From assembly GCA_965248265.1 (NCBI GenBank), contig CBDFJF010000002.1:960001-1024000 (forward strand): a stretch of 64,000 bases of DNA. Reading direction: 5' to 3'. Shown piece by piece: positions 19,838 to 28,278 of this stretch (within the stretch, counting starts at the first letter, position 1; every line of letters begins with the position of its first letter). The notes under the pieces are model-generated. The model was not told where the DNA came from. It saw only the letters and a program-made list of their open reading frames with translations, and searched no databases. The stretch comes from Candidatus Latescibacterota bacterium (GTDB lineage: Bacteria; Latescibacterota; UBA2968; UBA8231). A program made the translations under genes and the position numbers.

Positions 19838-21169
19838 GTGACAGAGAAAGAAACCGTGAACCAGGAATTCGGTCTGATCGTCCTCGAACAAGGCAAGCCG
19901 CAGCAGGCCCTGGCCAAGTTTTTGAACCTGCTGCTCAACTACCAGTACGGCCTGTCGATCATGGTGGCGCCCGACTTGAAGAAAGCCGCTTCCCTGCTTT
20001 CAGAGAACGGCGGACGCATCCGTTGTGTGTGTTCGATTCAGAGCGATGTCATCAATAGTGAGATCACCATCAAGGGTTTGAGCCTGATGGGGAAGATTCC
20101 GCTGTTCCTGGTGCTGCCCACCAACAAGCTGGGTCTGCAGCGCATGGCCTGCGCCAAAGCCGAGTCCGTGTTCTTCTGCGCCTGGGAGCGCGCCTTCACC
20201 CAGACGGATGCATCTCTGCAGCATGTCGTCGGCCAGGCGCTGGAGCAGCGCGGCATCGGCAACCTGTTCGCCGACCTGGACACCGTGCCCTACCCGGTGC
20301 TACAGCAACAGGTCGATCGCCGCCTGCGCAGCCTGAATACCCTGCCGACCCTGCCCGAAATCGTCATGCGCATCATGCGCCTGGTGAATGACCCGAAGAC
20401 AACGCCGGATGAGTTGGAGAGGGTCCTCTGTATGGATCCGGCCATCGTCATGAAGTTGCTGCAGGTCATGCGCTCGCCCGTGTTCACTGGAACGGGTGGC
20501 CGCTCGGCGAAGTGGACGTTGAAGGAGATCATCACTCGATTGGGCGTGAAGAAGGTTGGAGCCATCGCCCAACAGGTGAAGATGATCAACAGTCTGGTCA
20601 AACCAGAAGAAAGCAAGTTCGACATGAAGCGGTTCTGGGAGCATTCGGTCGGCTGCGCCATCATCGCCGACAAGCTCTACACGGAACGTCATGTCAAGCT
20701 CAGGACCGATATCGAGTTCAACGACTACTGGATCGGCTCCCTCCTGCACGACGTCGGCAAGCTGGTGATCGGCTTCTTCTTCTGGGAATGGTTCGTCCGG
20801 GTCGAAGAGCATCGCAAGGAGACGGGCGGCAGTTTTCGCACGGCTGAGCAGGATCTGGGTGACGTGGCGAGCCACGAACGCATAGGCCAGTTGATGCTGT
20901 TGAACAACGACATGGGGGAAGATTCCGTGTCAGCCGTTGCCAAGCACCACGAAGCGGCTGAGGAGGCTGACCTGGTGCGCCTCGTCCACGTTGCCAACAA
21001 CCTGAGCAAGGATCTCGGTTTGGGGTACTTACCCGGAGAGGAGCCAGAGTACGATGCCGATGTGCTGAAGGCGTTGGCGATCGATGAGGGGAAACTCCAG
21101 GCTCTGCGAGACCAGTTGGCTGCAGAGGTGGTCGACGAGATCAAGGCGATGGTCGATCAGTGCTTGTAA
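19838..21169 (+). CDS. HDOD domain signalling protein with receiver-like N-terminus
   Basis: LPTLPEIV, DPAIVMKLL, FWEHSVGCA, LLHDVGKL, HERIG. Confidence 0.88.
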   Translation: MTEKETVNQEFGLIVLEQGKPQQALAKFLNLLLNYQYGLSIMVAPDLKKAASLLSENGGRIRCVCSIQSDVINSEITIKGLSLMGKIPLFLVLPTNKLGLQRMACAKAESVFFCAWERAFTQTDASLQHVVGQALEQRGIGNLFADLDTVPYPVLQQQVDRRLRSLNTLPTLPEIVMRIMRLVNDPKTTPDELERVLCMDPAIVMKLLQVMRSPVFTGTGGRSAKWTLKEIITRLGVKKVGAIAQQVKMINSLVKPEESKFDMKRFWEHSVGCAIIADKLYTERHVKLRTDIEFNDYWIGSLLHDVGKLVIGFFFWEWFVRVEEHRKETGGSFRTAEQDLGDVASHERIGQLMLLNNDMGEDSVSAVAKHHEAAEEADLVRLVHVANNLSKDLGLGYLPGEEPEYDADVLKALAIDEGKLQALRDQLAAEVVDEIKAMVDQCL

Positions 21170-21179
21170 GCGGCCGTCA

Positions 21180-21349
21180 CTAGGAGCCTGTCCGAGTATC
21201 CCATTTGGGCTGCGGGGGCGTCATTGCCGCCGCTGCCAGCGTTCCGTTTCTCTCTCTGAATTCATCAATTCAGATCGATCACGCGCCTTGCCATCGACGA
21301 CAATGACGCCCCCTCGCCTATCAAAGCGAATACTCGGACAGGCTCCTAG
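21180..21349. repeat. ERIC/MITE-like fold-back element, 170 bp
   Basis: Perfect 20-bp TIR CTAGGAGCCTGTCCGAGTAT (21180-21199 / 21330-21349); 13-bp inner IR GGGGGCGTCATTG; central TCTGAATT-catc-AATTCAGA. Confidence 0.88.
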
Positions 21350-22608
21350 CGTTTTTCCGCCCGTTCATTCAGGAACGCCTTCTTGAAGCGATAATCGCGC
21401 GAGGTGTCAACGGACACCAGTCCGGAACGGATCAGATGCCTGTTGACTGGGGTCCGGTTGCGCAAGTACACGTAGGCCAGCAGCGCTCCGTCCTCTTCCT
21501 GTTCCTCGTCCATTCGCAAGTACACGCGTTTTCCCCCCACGATCGACAGCAATTGTTGCACAGCGCGTCGGTTATGGCGCTTGATCGGCTTTACCCCAAG
21601 CAGGCGTACCCGCTTCCCTGACGACAGCAGCAGTTCATTCGGCGCGACAATCTTCTCAACTGAGAACAGCTCCTCGGGGCGGGTTTCGCCGCCGTCGACC
21701 TTGGAACCGTAGCGGGATGAGCGTGGATCGACCTTGAGATCGACGCGCACCGGGTCGCGGAACAGGTAGGGCAGGTCGTCGAGTACCGTCCCGTTGGTGG
21801 GGTGACTGTGGGAATGCTGGTATTCAATTCCATCCACGACCAGCTTGGATTTGATCACGGCCGCGAAGTCGGGGTTGATCTCGTATCCGATCGAATCGCG
21901 CTGCAGCCGGTGCGCGGCCAGAGAGGTCGTGCCGCTTCCGAGGAAGGGGTCGAGGACGGTATCGCCGACGAATGAGAACATCTTGATCAGCCGCCGGGGC
22001 AACTCCTCGGGAAACATGGCCAGATGCTGCTGTTGTCGCTCACCCGGAAAGTTCCAATGGCCGTTAAAGTAGGTATTCCACTCAGCATTCGACAGCTTCG
22101 AACGCTCTTTGAGGCTGGGGGAAACGACGGGCGCCTTGCCGGTTTTGCGGAACAGCAGGATGAATTCGTAATCGAGTTTGACGACGCCATTGCGTGGATA
22201 GGGGTAGGAACCCATTACACTGCCCCCGCCGGTGGTGTTCGTCGTCGTCACCTTCTGCCAGATGATGGCGCCCATGTAGTCGAAGCCGACGGTTTCGCAG
22301 AAACGGATGATCTCGGTGCGGATGGGGATGACCTTGTAACGGCCGTAAAAAGACGAGCGGGCGAATTGGTCGCCGATGTTGACGCACAGGCGGCAACCGG
22401 GTTGGAGCACCCGGTGGCAGTTGTTCCACACCACGTTCAAATGATTGACGTAAGTCTCGTAGGAATCGCTGAATCCCAGCTGGCTGTCGTGGCCGTAGTC
22501 CTTGAGTTGCCAGTAGGGTGGTGAGGTTATGATCAGGTGGACCGAGCGATCGGCGACCTCGTCCATGCAACGAGCATCCCCGAAGATGACGCGATGCTTC
22601 ACTGACAC
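21346..22608 (-). CDS. Beta-class N4-C/N6-A DNA methyltransferase with C-terminal thermonuclease (SNase)-like domain
   Basis: TSPPY (motif IV) precedes DPFLGSGTT (motif I); C-terminus VRLLGV...LLAYVYL...VNRHLIRSGL. Confidence 0.88.
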   Translation of the reverse strand: MSVKHRVIFGDARCMDEVADRSVHLIITSPPYWQLKDYGHDSQLGFSDSYETYVNHLNVVWNNCHRVLQPGCRLCVNIGDQFARSSFYGRYKVIPIRTEIIRFCETVGFDYMGAIIWQKVTTTNTTGGGSVMGSYPYPRNGVVKLDYEFILLFRKTGKAPVVSPSLKERSKLSNAEWNTYFNGHWNFPGERQQQHLAMFPEELPRRLIKMFSFVGDTVLDPFLGSGTTSLAAHRLQRDSIGYEINPDFAAVIKSKLVVDGIEYQHSHSHPTNGTVLDDLPYLFRDPVRVDLKVDPRSSRYGSKVDGGETRPEELFSVEKIVAPNELLLSSGKRVRLLGVKPIKRHNRRAVQQLLSIVGGKRVYLRMDEEQEEDGALLAYVYLRNRTPVNRHLIRSGLVSVDTSRDYRFKKAFLNERAEKR

Positions 22609-22611
22609 CCC

Positions 22612-23013
22612 CTAGCGCTTGCGTTGGGCGCGCAGCGTGCGTGCGCGTGTCAGCATGGCATCGGCCGACGTCTGTTCCCCGAGTGCCTTGTGGGTACGAC
22701 TGAGTGCGAGCAGGGTCTGGACGAGCTCCTCGCCACGTGGGTCGAGGCGTTCCGCTTCTTGCAGAGCTTCATCGTACATGCGTTGAGCGTAGGCGTAGTT
22801 ACCGCGGCCGTAAGCGCGGTCGCCAGCGTCCTGGAAGGCTGACCAATGTCGATCCTGGAAGCCGGCATAGGCCAGCCACAGCAAGAGGCACATCGCGATG
22901 GCGATCGCCACCCCCCAAAGAGCCGGGCTTGCAGCCGTCTTGTTGCCGCTGCGGGCGCGTCCGGGACGCGGTTTGCGCTTGCGCCGCGGTTTCTTGGCCC
23001 TTGCTTTGCCCAC
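22612..23013 (-). CDS. Membrane-anchored TPR-like protein
   Basis: Basic N-terminus, TM helix, GDRAYGRGNYAYAQRMY TPR-like helix pair. Confidence 0.65.
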   Translation of the reverse strand: MGKARAKKPRRKRKPRPGRARSGNKTAASPALWGVAIAIAMCLLLWLAYAGFQDRHWSAFQDAGDRAYGRGNYAYAQRMYDEALQEAERLDPRGEELVQTLLALSRTHKALGEQTSADAMLTRARTLRAQRKR

Positions 23014-23019
23014 GGGGTC

Positions 23020-23190
23020 TCATCCTCCCGGCGACCGCGCTTCGTAGCCTGGACACTCCCGCACAGGTAGAGCCGGATATCGGGGATACTCTGGGTCTGA
23101 CGCCGATCGCGAACACAGAAAGAAGAGGGAGCCTTTGGATGACTGGATCCGTCGCGCGTGGCGGCAGAGTTCACACAAACCGGGATCCAT
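23020..23190 (-). CDS. Small Cys-rich hypothetical protein
   Basis: MDPGLCELCRH...FFLC...YPRYPALPVRECPGY; four cysteines; co-oriented with the MTase. Confidence 0.65.
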   Translation of the reverse strand: MDPGLCELCRHARRIQSSKGSLFFLCSRSASDPEYPRYPALPVRECPGYEARSPGG

Positions 23191-23312
23191 TTCTGAAGTC
23201 TGGGAAGTTTCTGGTGTACCCACTCAGGCTAATATACCACATCGCCCGCGACACCACATGCAGGAGAGAACCCGTGTTGCCGGCATTAGAGCGTGAGAGC
23301 TATCTTCCCGCC

Positions 23313-26063
23313 ATGTCGAATATTCCAGAATATCCGAGTCAGGGCCATCCAGCCGACAGTGCATCAACGAGTGTCCGTGGCAAGATCGTGTGGCCGGCTA
23401 TCGTGGCCGCCGCCATCGCCGGTGCTGTGTGGGGCGTTGTCGGGATCATCCTCCTGCCGGCCGCTGGCTTCGGTCTGGCATGGACCCTGATAGCTGTCGC
23501 CACCACCGCTGGCCTCTCGATCGCGGTGACCAGCTGGCGGATCCGGCGGGTCGTCCTCGATCCCACTGCCGCGGTCGCCGCCGTCATGACTCAACGCATC
23601 GAGGGTGATTCTGGCGCCCTGGTGACGGTTGAGTCCAACGATGAGGTCGGCCGGCTCGCCGCCACCGTGAATGACTTGATCGCCTCGGCCTTCAACAGCG
23701 AGGCGCATACCCATGCGATTCTGGACACCGCTGCTGACGGCATCATAACCGTCGACGATCTCGGCCTGATCGAGATTTACAATCCGGCGGCTGAGCAGAT
23801 GTTCGGACACGCGTCTGATGAGATTGCCGGCCGCCACATCGGCACCCTGCTGCCGTCCTACGAGAAGCTGCCCATCATGTCGATGGGGCTGGATGATTTC
23901 AGTTTCGATGACGACGAAGGCGATCGACGCTACGAGACGGAAGGGTGTGATGCTGAGGGGAATATCATACCGCTCAGCGTGACCGTCGGCACCCTGCCTT
24001 CCGAAGAGTACACCCGATTCGTACTCGTTATGCGAGACATAACTGTACGTAAACAAGCCGAAGCCGCTCTGTTGGAAGCCAAGGAAGCAGCCGAGCAGAT
24101 GAGCCGGACGAAAAGCGAGTTTCTGGCCAACATGAGCCATGAGATTCGCACGCCGATGAACGGCATCATAGGTATGACTGAGTTGGCACTCGACTCCGAG
24201 CTCAACGCCGAGCAACGAGAGTACCTGGAAGCCGTAAAGATTTCAGCTGACTCGCTCCTGCAGATCATCAACGACATTCTCGACACCTCCAAGATCGAGG
24301 CTGGCAAACTCGAGCTGGAGGCCATCGACTTCGACACGGTCAGAAGCCTGAGAACGGCGCTGTTGCCACTGGAGCTCAAGGCCCGGCAGAAGGGCCTTCA
24401 GGTTCACTGCGATGTGGATTCTTCGGTACCCCGCATTCTGCGCGGTGATCCGACCCGGTTGCGTCAGGTCATCACCAACCTGGTCAGCAACGCGGTCAAG
24501 TTCACCCACGAGGGCAGCATCTCCGTTCATGTACGGGTGGAGGAGCGGGCGGATGACGAGGTGCTGCTGCAGTACAGTGTTCGCGACACAGGCATCGGCA
24601 TTCCCGCCGACAAGCAAGCCCAGGTCTTCGAGTCGTTCACCCAGGCGGACGGTTCCACGACACGGCAGTACGGTGGCACCGGCCTCGGTCTTTCCATCTG
24701 CGTGCAACTCGTCGATATGATGCACGGACGGATCTGGCTGGACAGCGCCGAGGGTGAGGGCAGCACCTTCCACTTCACAGCGCGCCTGGGTTGGACAGAA
24801 TCTGTTGAGACTGACCTCGTCGCTGAAGAATCCCTCGTGGGTCTGCGAGCGCTCATCGTGCGGGACGGAGAGTCTGAGACCGAACTGGGGCGTCGTCTCA
24901 CGACGACGTTGCAAGGCTGGGGACTCACGGTCGCCGAAGCAGCACTTCGTGATAAGCTTGGTGAATTGCTGGTACCCGCTGATGACCAGGCCGTTGCCCT
25001 GGTGTTGTTGGATATGGAAATCGACAAGGCGACGGAATCGGCCGACCGCATTCGTGCAACCACCGGAGATGGTGCTGGTGTCCTCCCCCACCTCGTGCTA
25101 CTGGCTCGGGCGGGACAGCGGGGCGACAGCTCAAGGTGCCGCGATCACGGTATCAATGCCTACCTCGCCTCAGGAGGAGACGACGTCGAGCTCCTCGAAA
25201 TGATCCGATTCCTGCGCAGTGGGGGTTCGGCGCATGGCGATGTCGTGACGCGCCATACCCTGGAAGAGCGACGACGACCATTGCGTCTGCTGCTGGCCGA
25301 GGACAATCCGGTCAACCAGCGCCTCGCCACCGTGCTGCTGCAGAAGGAGGGACACCAGGTCGTTCTGGCCGAGGATGGCGAACAGGCCGTTGCCCGCCTG
25401 GCAGACGACGAAGATTTCGATGCAGTTCTGATGGATGTGCAGATGCCGAACATGGACGGTCTGGAGGCCACTGCACAGATTCGCCGCCGTGAGCAGCAGG
25501 CCTCAACCGGTAAGCCGGGTATTCCGATCCTGGCGATGACGGCACACGCCATGGAAGGCGACCGCGAGATGTGTCTGAACGCCGGGATGGACGACTACAT
25601 CACCAAGCCGCTAAAGAAAGAGGAGTTGCTCGAGGCGCTTGCTCGTGCGGCAACGCGTCGAGCCGGACGTGTGCGGCCACCGATCGCGGACGGCGATTCC
25701 GTCGAGGAAGCTCCAGCGGCAGTGGTAGCGCGGGGAGAGAAACTAGATTTCGACAGCGCTATAACCCGCGTCGGTGGAGACATGGATCTGTTCCGCGAGA
25801 TCGCCGAGGTCTTTCTCGAAGATTGTCCGAATCAGCTGGCGCGTATCGAGTCAGCGATTGAGAAGGGCGACGCCGAGGCGTTGCGCAGCTCGGCGCATTC
25901 GCTAAAAGGCGCCGTAAGCAACTTCGGAGCTGACGCCGCACGGGAAACGGCCTTGCAGTTGGAAGAGATCGGCAAGGAAGGGCAGCTGGAGAAAGCCGCT
26001 GTCGTGCACGATGAGTTAAAGAAAAAGGTGGAGCAACTGGTAACGGCTCTGGGGGCGATGTAA
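23313..26063 (+). CDS. Hybrid sensor histidine kinase (2TM-HAMP-PAS-HisKA-HATPase-REC-REC-Hpt)
   Basis: FLANMSHEIRTPMNG, GGTGLGL, LLAEDNPVNQ, DVQMP, Hpt AHSLKGA; start ATG 23313. Confidence 0.93.
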   Translation: MSNIPEYPSQGHPADSASTSVRGKIVWPAIVAAAIAGAVWGVVGIILLPAAGFGLAWTLIAVATTAGLSIAVTSWRIRRVVLDPTAAVAAVMTQRIEGDSGALVTVESNDEVGRLAATVNDLIASAFNSEAHTHAILDTAADGIITVDDLGLIEIYNPAAEQMFGHASDEIAGRHIGTLLPSYEKLPIMSMGLDDFSFDDDEGDRRYETEGCDAEGNIIPLSVTVGTLPSEEYTRFVLVMRDITVRKQAEAALLEAKEAAEQMSRTKSEFLANMSHEIRTPMNGIIGMTELALDSELNAEQREYLEAVKISADSLLQIINDILDTSKIEAGKLELEAIDFDTVRSLRTALLPLELKARQKGLQVHCDVDSSVPRILRGDPTRLRQVITNLVSNAVKFTHEGSISVHVRVEERADDEVLLQYSVRDTGIGIPADKQAQVFESFTQADGSTTRQYGGTGLGLSICVQLVDMMHGRIWLDSAEGEGSTFHFTARLGWTESVETDLVAEESLVGLRALIVRDGESETELGRRLTTTLQGWGLTVAEAALRDKLGELLVPADDQAVALVLLDMEIDKATESADRIRATTGDGAGVLPHLVLLARAGQRGDSSRCRDHGINAYLASGGDDVELLEMIRFLRSGGSAHGDVVTRHTLEERRRPLRLLLAEDNPVNQRLATVLLQKEGHQVVLAEDGEQAVARLADDEDFDAVLMDVQMPNMDGLEATAQIRRREQQASTGKPGIPILAMTAHAMEGDREMCLNAGMDDYITKPLKKEELLEALARAATRRAGRVRPPIADGDSVEEAPAAVVARGEKLDFDSAITRVGGDMDLFREIAEVFLEDCPNQLARIESAIEKGDAEALRSSAHSLKGAVSNFGADAARETALQLEEIGKEGQLEKAAVVHDELKKKVEQLVTALGAM

Positions 26064-26082
26064 CGCCAAGAAGAAGCTGGCG

Positions 26083-28089
26083 CTACCCGCCCCCTTCGAG
26101 TTTACGCACCGTGAAGGTGCGGTCGTATTTCTCGCGGATATAGGCTGACAGGGTATCGCGAAGGCTCGCGAGGTCTTCGATCTGTTTGCGCAGGGGGGCC
26201 AGGCGTCTGACAGAGGCTTCGAGGTCGGCGTAGGTTTTCTTGTTGGCTTCTTCGAGTTCCGTCTTGGTGGCGGCGAGTTGGCGGATTCGGGTGCTGAGCA
26301 GTTCCAGTTGCTGGCGCTGCTGGGCAATGACGTCGCGAGTTTCTCCGCTGCTGGCGTCCGGTTTGTTTTCGGCCGCCTTATGCAACTCGCGCTCCTTCTC
26401 CAGTTCTTCCATCTCCTTCTGCAGAGACTCCATCTGTTCGGCCATCTGCTTCTGCTGCTCTTCGTACACCTTCTTGTTCTCTTCGAAGCTGTCCTTGATT
26501 GTATCAATGCCCTGGAGGCCTTCGTCCAGCGTCTGGCGTCGCACGTCCAGATCTTCAGCGACATCGCGGGCATAGTGCAACAGCTGGTTGGAATCCATCT
26601 GCTCGAGCTCTTCCGAGGGCCTGATCTCCACGTCGCCCGAGGTCAACTCCTTGAGTCTCTGTACCTCAGCCACCAACTGATCCCGCGCCCGGCTGAGATC
26701 CTCCTCGAATTGCTCCAATTGCCTCTTGAGTCCTTCGACGGTGTGCTCACTAGCCCGCAAATCCTTGCGCAGTTCCTGATTTTCCTTGAAGCGTTCGGCG
26801 GCTTCGGCAGCGGCATCTTCCCCTGAGTTCTCTGCCTGGGCCTTGATCGCGGACTCCAACCGCGTCTCGAGGCCTTCCTGGTCCTCTTTGAGTCCTTCGA
26901 TGGTGTGCTCGCGCGTCTTGACATCTTTCTGAAGCTGGTCGATCTGTTGCTGCGCCTCTTCCGCTGTCACTTCGGCCTGCCTCCGAACCTCTCGGAGTTC
27001 AGCAGCGGAGCTATCGGTCTGCTGGACCTGTTCCTCCAGACCGGCGACCGTGCGTTCCAGGACTTCGATGTTGTGTTCCTTGGCCTGGATCTCCCTTTTT
27101 AACTCCTCCAACTCCTGGGCCAATTCCACGGCGGCGGCGGAATCGTGGAGTCCAGGTTCACGGATCGATGAGGCTGCCTCTTCAGCGTCGGAGAACAATG
27201 CAGATTCGCCTCCGAGATCCTCGTCTACGAGATCCTCGACGCCGGCGTCCTCGAGGGTGGCTACCCCATCTTCGAAAAGGCTGTGGCCGTTGCCACTGTC
27301 CTCGGAGGTATCGAACAGACCTTCGGTGATATCACCCGAGTCGTCGTCGGTCTCGTACCCTGCCGGGATGTCGATACTTGCATCCCGTTCGCTTTCGCTC
27401 GGGCGCTGAGCAAGGGCGCGCTCCAACATGGCGATCTTTTTCTCGAGTCGCTGCATGCGCTCCAGCGCCTTCGAGCCACCTTTGCGAAATTTCTTGAGCT
27501 CGTGTCGCGCCTTTTCGAGTCGTTCGGCCTGGCGCCTGTAGGCGAGGCTGCTCTTGAGTTCCTCCTCCGTCGGGATGAACATCCCGGTGTCGGGATCGAA
27601 GCGTTGAACGAAGTCCTCGAAGATTTCGGGCTGGCTGGCCAACAATCGCTGAATGTCCTCATCGACGGCGGCTTCAATGTCGACGGACGAGATGCGGCCG
27701 TTGTTGCTGTTTGCCGAATGGTTGGAGTCGTCGGTCTCTTCCAGAAACTGGTCGACGAGTTTGCGAAAGGCCGGGAACCCGGTCGCCGTCAATCGCTCCC
27801 ATTTTTCGGTGCCGAAACCGCACACCTGGAGCATGTCAGAGACCGACTCGAGGTCCAGCTTGACGAATTCGTCAAGCTCCTGACGCATGTAGGACTCCCA
27901 GCCCGGTGTATAGCGGCGTGGCAGCTCCGGCAGATTGTCGAGCGAGGACTCGCGGAATTTGACGTAATAGCGGGCAAACACGCCGGAGACCAGAGAATGC
28001 CAACGCTGCTTCTTGGCAATAGCCTCTTTCAGCTGTTGCTGCGTAGACAGCCCCAGCATGCCCAAGAGGACATTTACACTGCTGGGCAT
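26083..28089 (-). CDS. Acidic long coiled-coil hypothetical protein
   Basis: 668-aa ORF with heptad-rich E/Q/L/K segments and a D/E-rich linker; no catalytic motif recognised. Confidence 0.75.
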   Translation of the reverse strand: MPSSVNVLLGMLGLSTQQQLKEAIAKKQRWHSLVSGVFARYYVKFRESSLDNLPELPRRYTPGWESYMRQELDEFVKLDLESVSDMLQVCGFGTEKWERLTATGFPAFRKLVDQFLEETDDSNHSANSNNGRISSVDIEAAVDEDIQRLLASQPEIFEDFVQRFDPDTGMFIPTEEELKSSLAYRRQAERLEKARHELKKFRKGGSKALERMQRLEKKIAMLERALAQRPSESERDASIDIPAGYETDDDSGDITEGLFDTSEDSGNGHSLFEDGVATLEDAGVEDLVDEDLGGESALFSDAEEAASSIREPGLHDSAAAVELAQELEELKREIQAKEHNIEVLERTVAGLEEQVQQTDSSAAELREVRRQAEVTAEEAQQQIDQLQKDVKTREHTIEGLKEDQEGLETRLESAIKAQAENSGEDAAAEAAERFKENQELRKDLRASEHTVEGLKRQLEQFEEDLSRARDQLVAEVQRLKELTSGDVEIRPSEELEQMDSNQLLHYARDVAEDLDVRRQTLDEGLQGIDTIKDSFEENKKVYEEQQKQMAEQMESLQKEMEELEKERELHKAAENKPDASSGETRDVIAQQRQQLELLSTRIRQLAATKTELEEANKKTYADLEASVRRLAPLRKQIEDLASLRDTLSAYIREKYDRTFTVRKLEGGG

Positions 28090-28278
28090 TGCCGCGAGGT
28101 CGAGGTCTTGAGGGGAGTCATTTCCACACCAATTGGCGGTCGGTCCGACAGGGCGTCCGAAAAACCATCATGTTTATCTATAGTATATCGACAGGAGCTG
28201 CAACCTCTTGGGGGTGGAGAATTTGAAGGCAGCAGGCGAATAACTTATAACTATTTAAAAATAAAACACTTGCGTAAG

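Noticed and set aside
22704-23312. N-terminal 203 aa of the 1119-aa kinase ORF
   Set aside because: Low-complexity translation overlapping two credible minus-strand genes; kinase domains begin after ATG 23313
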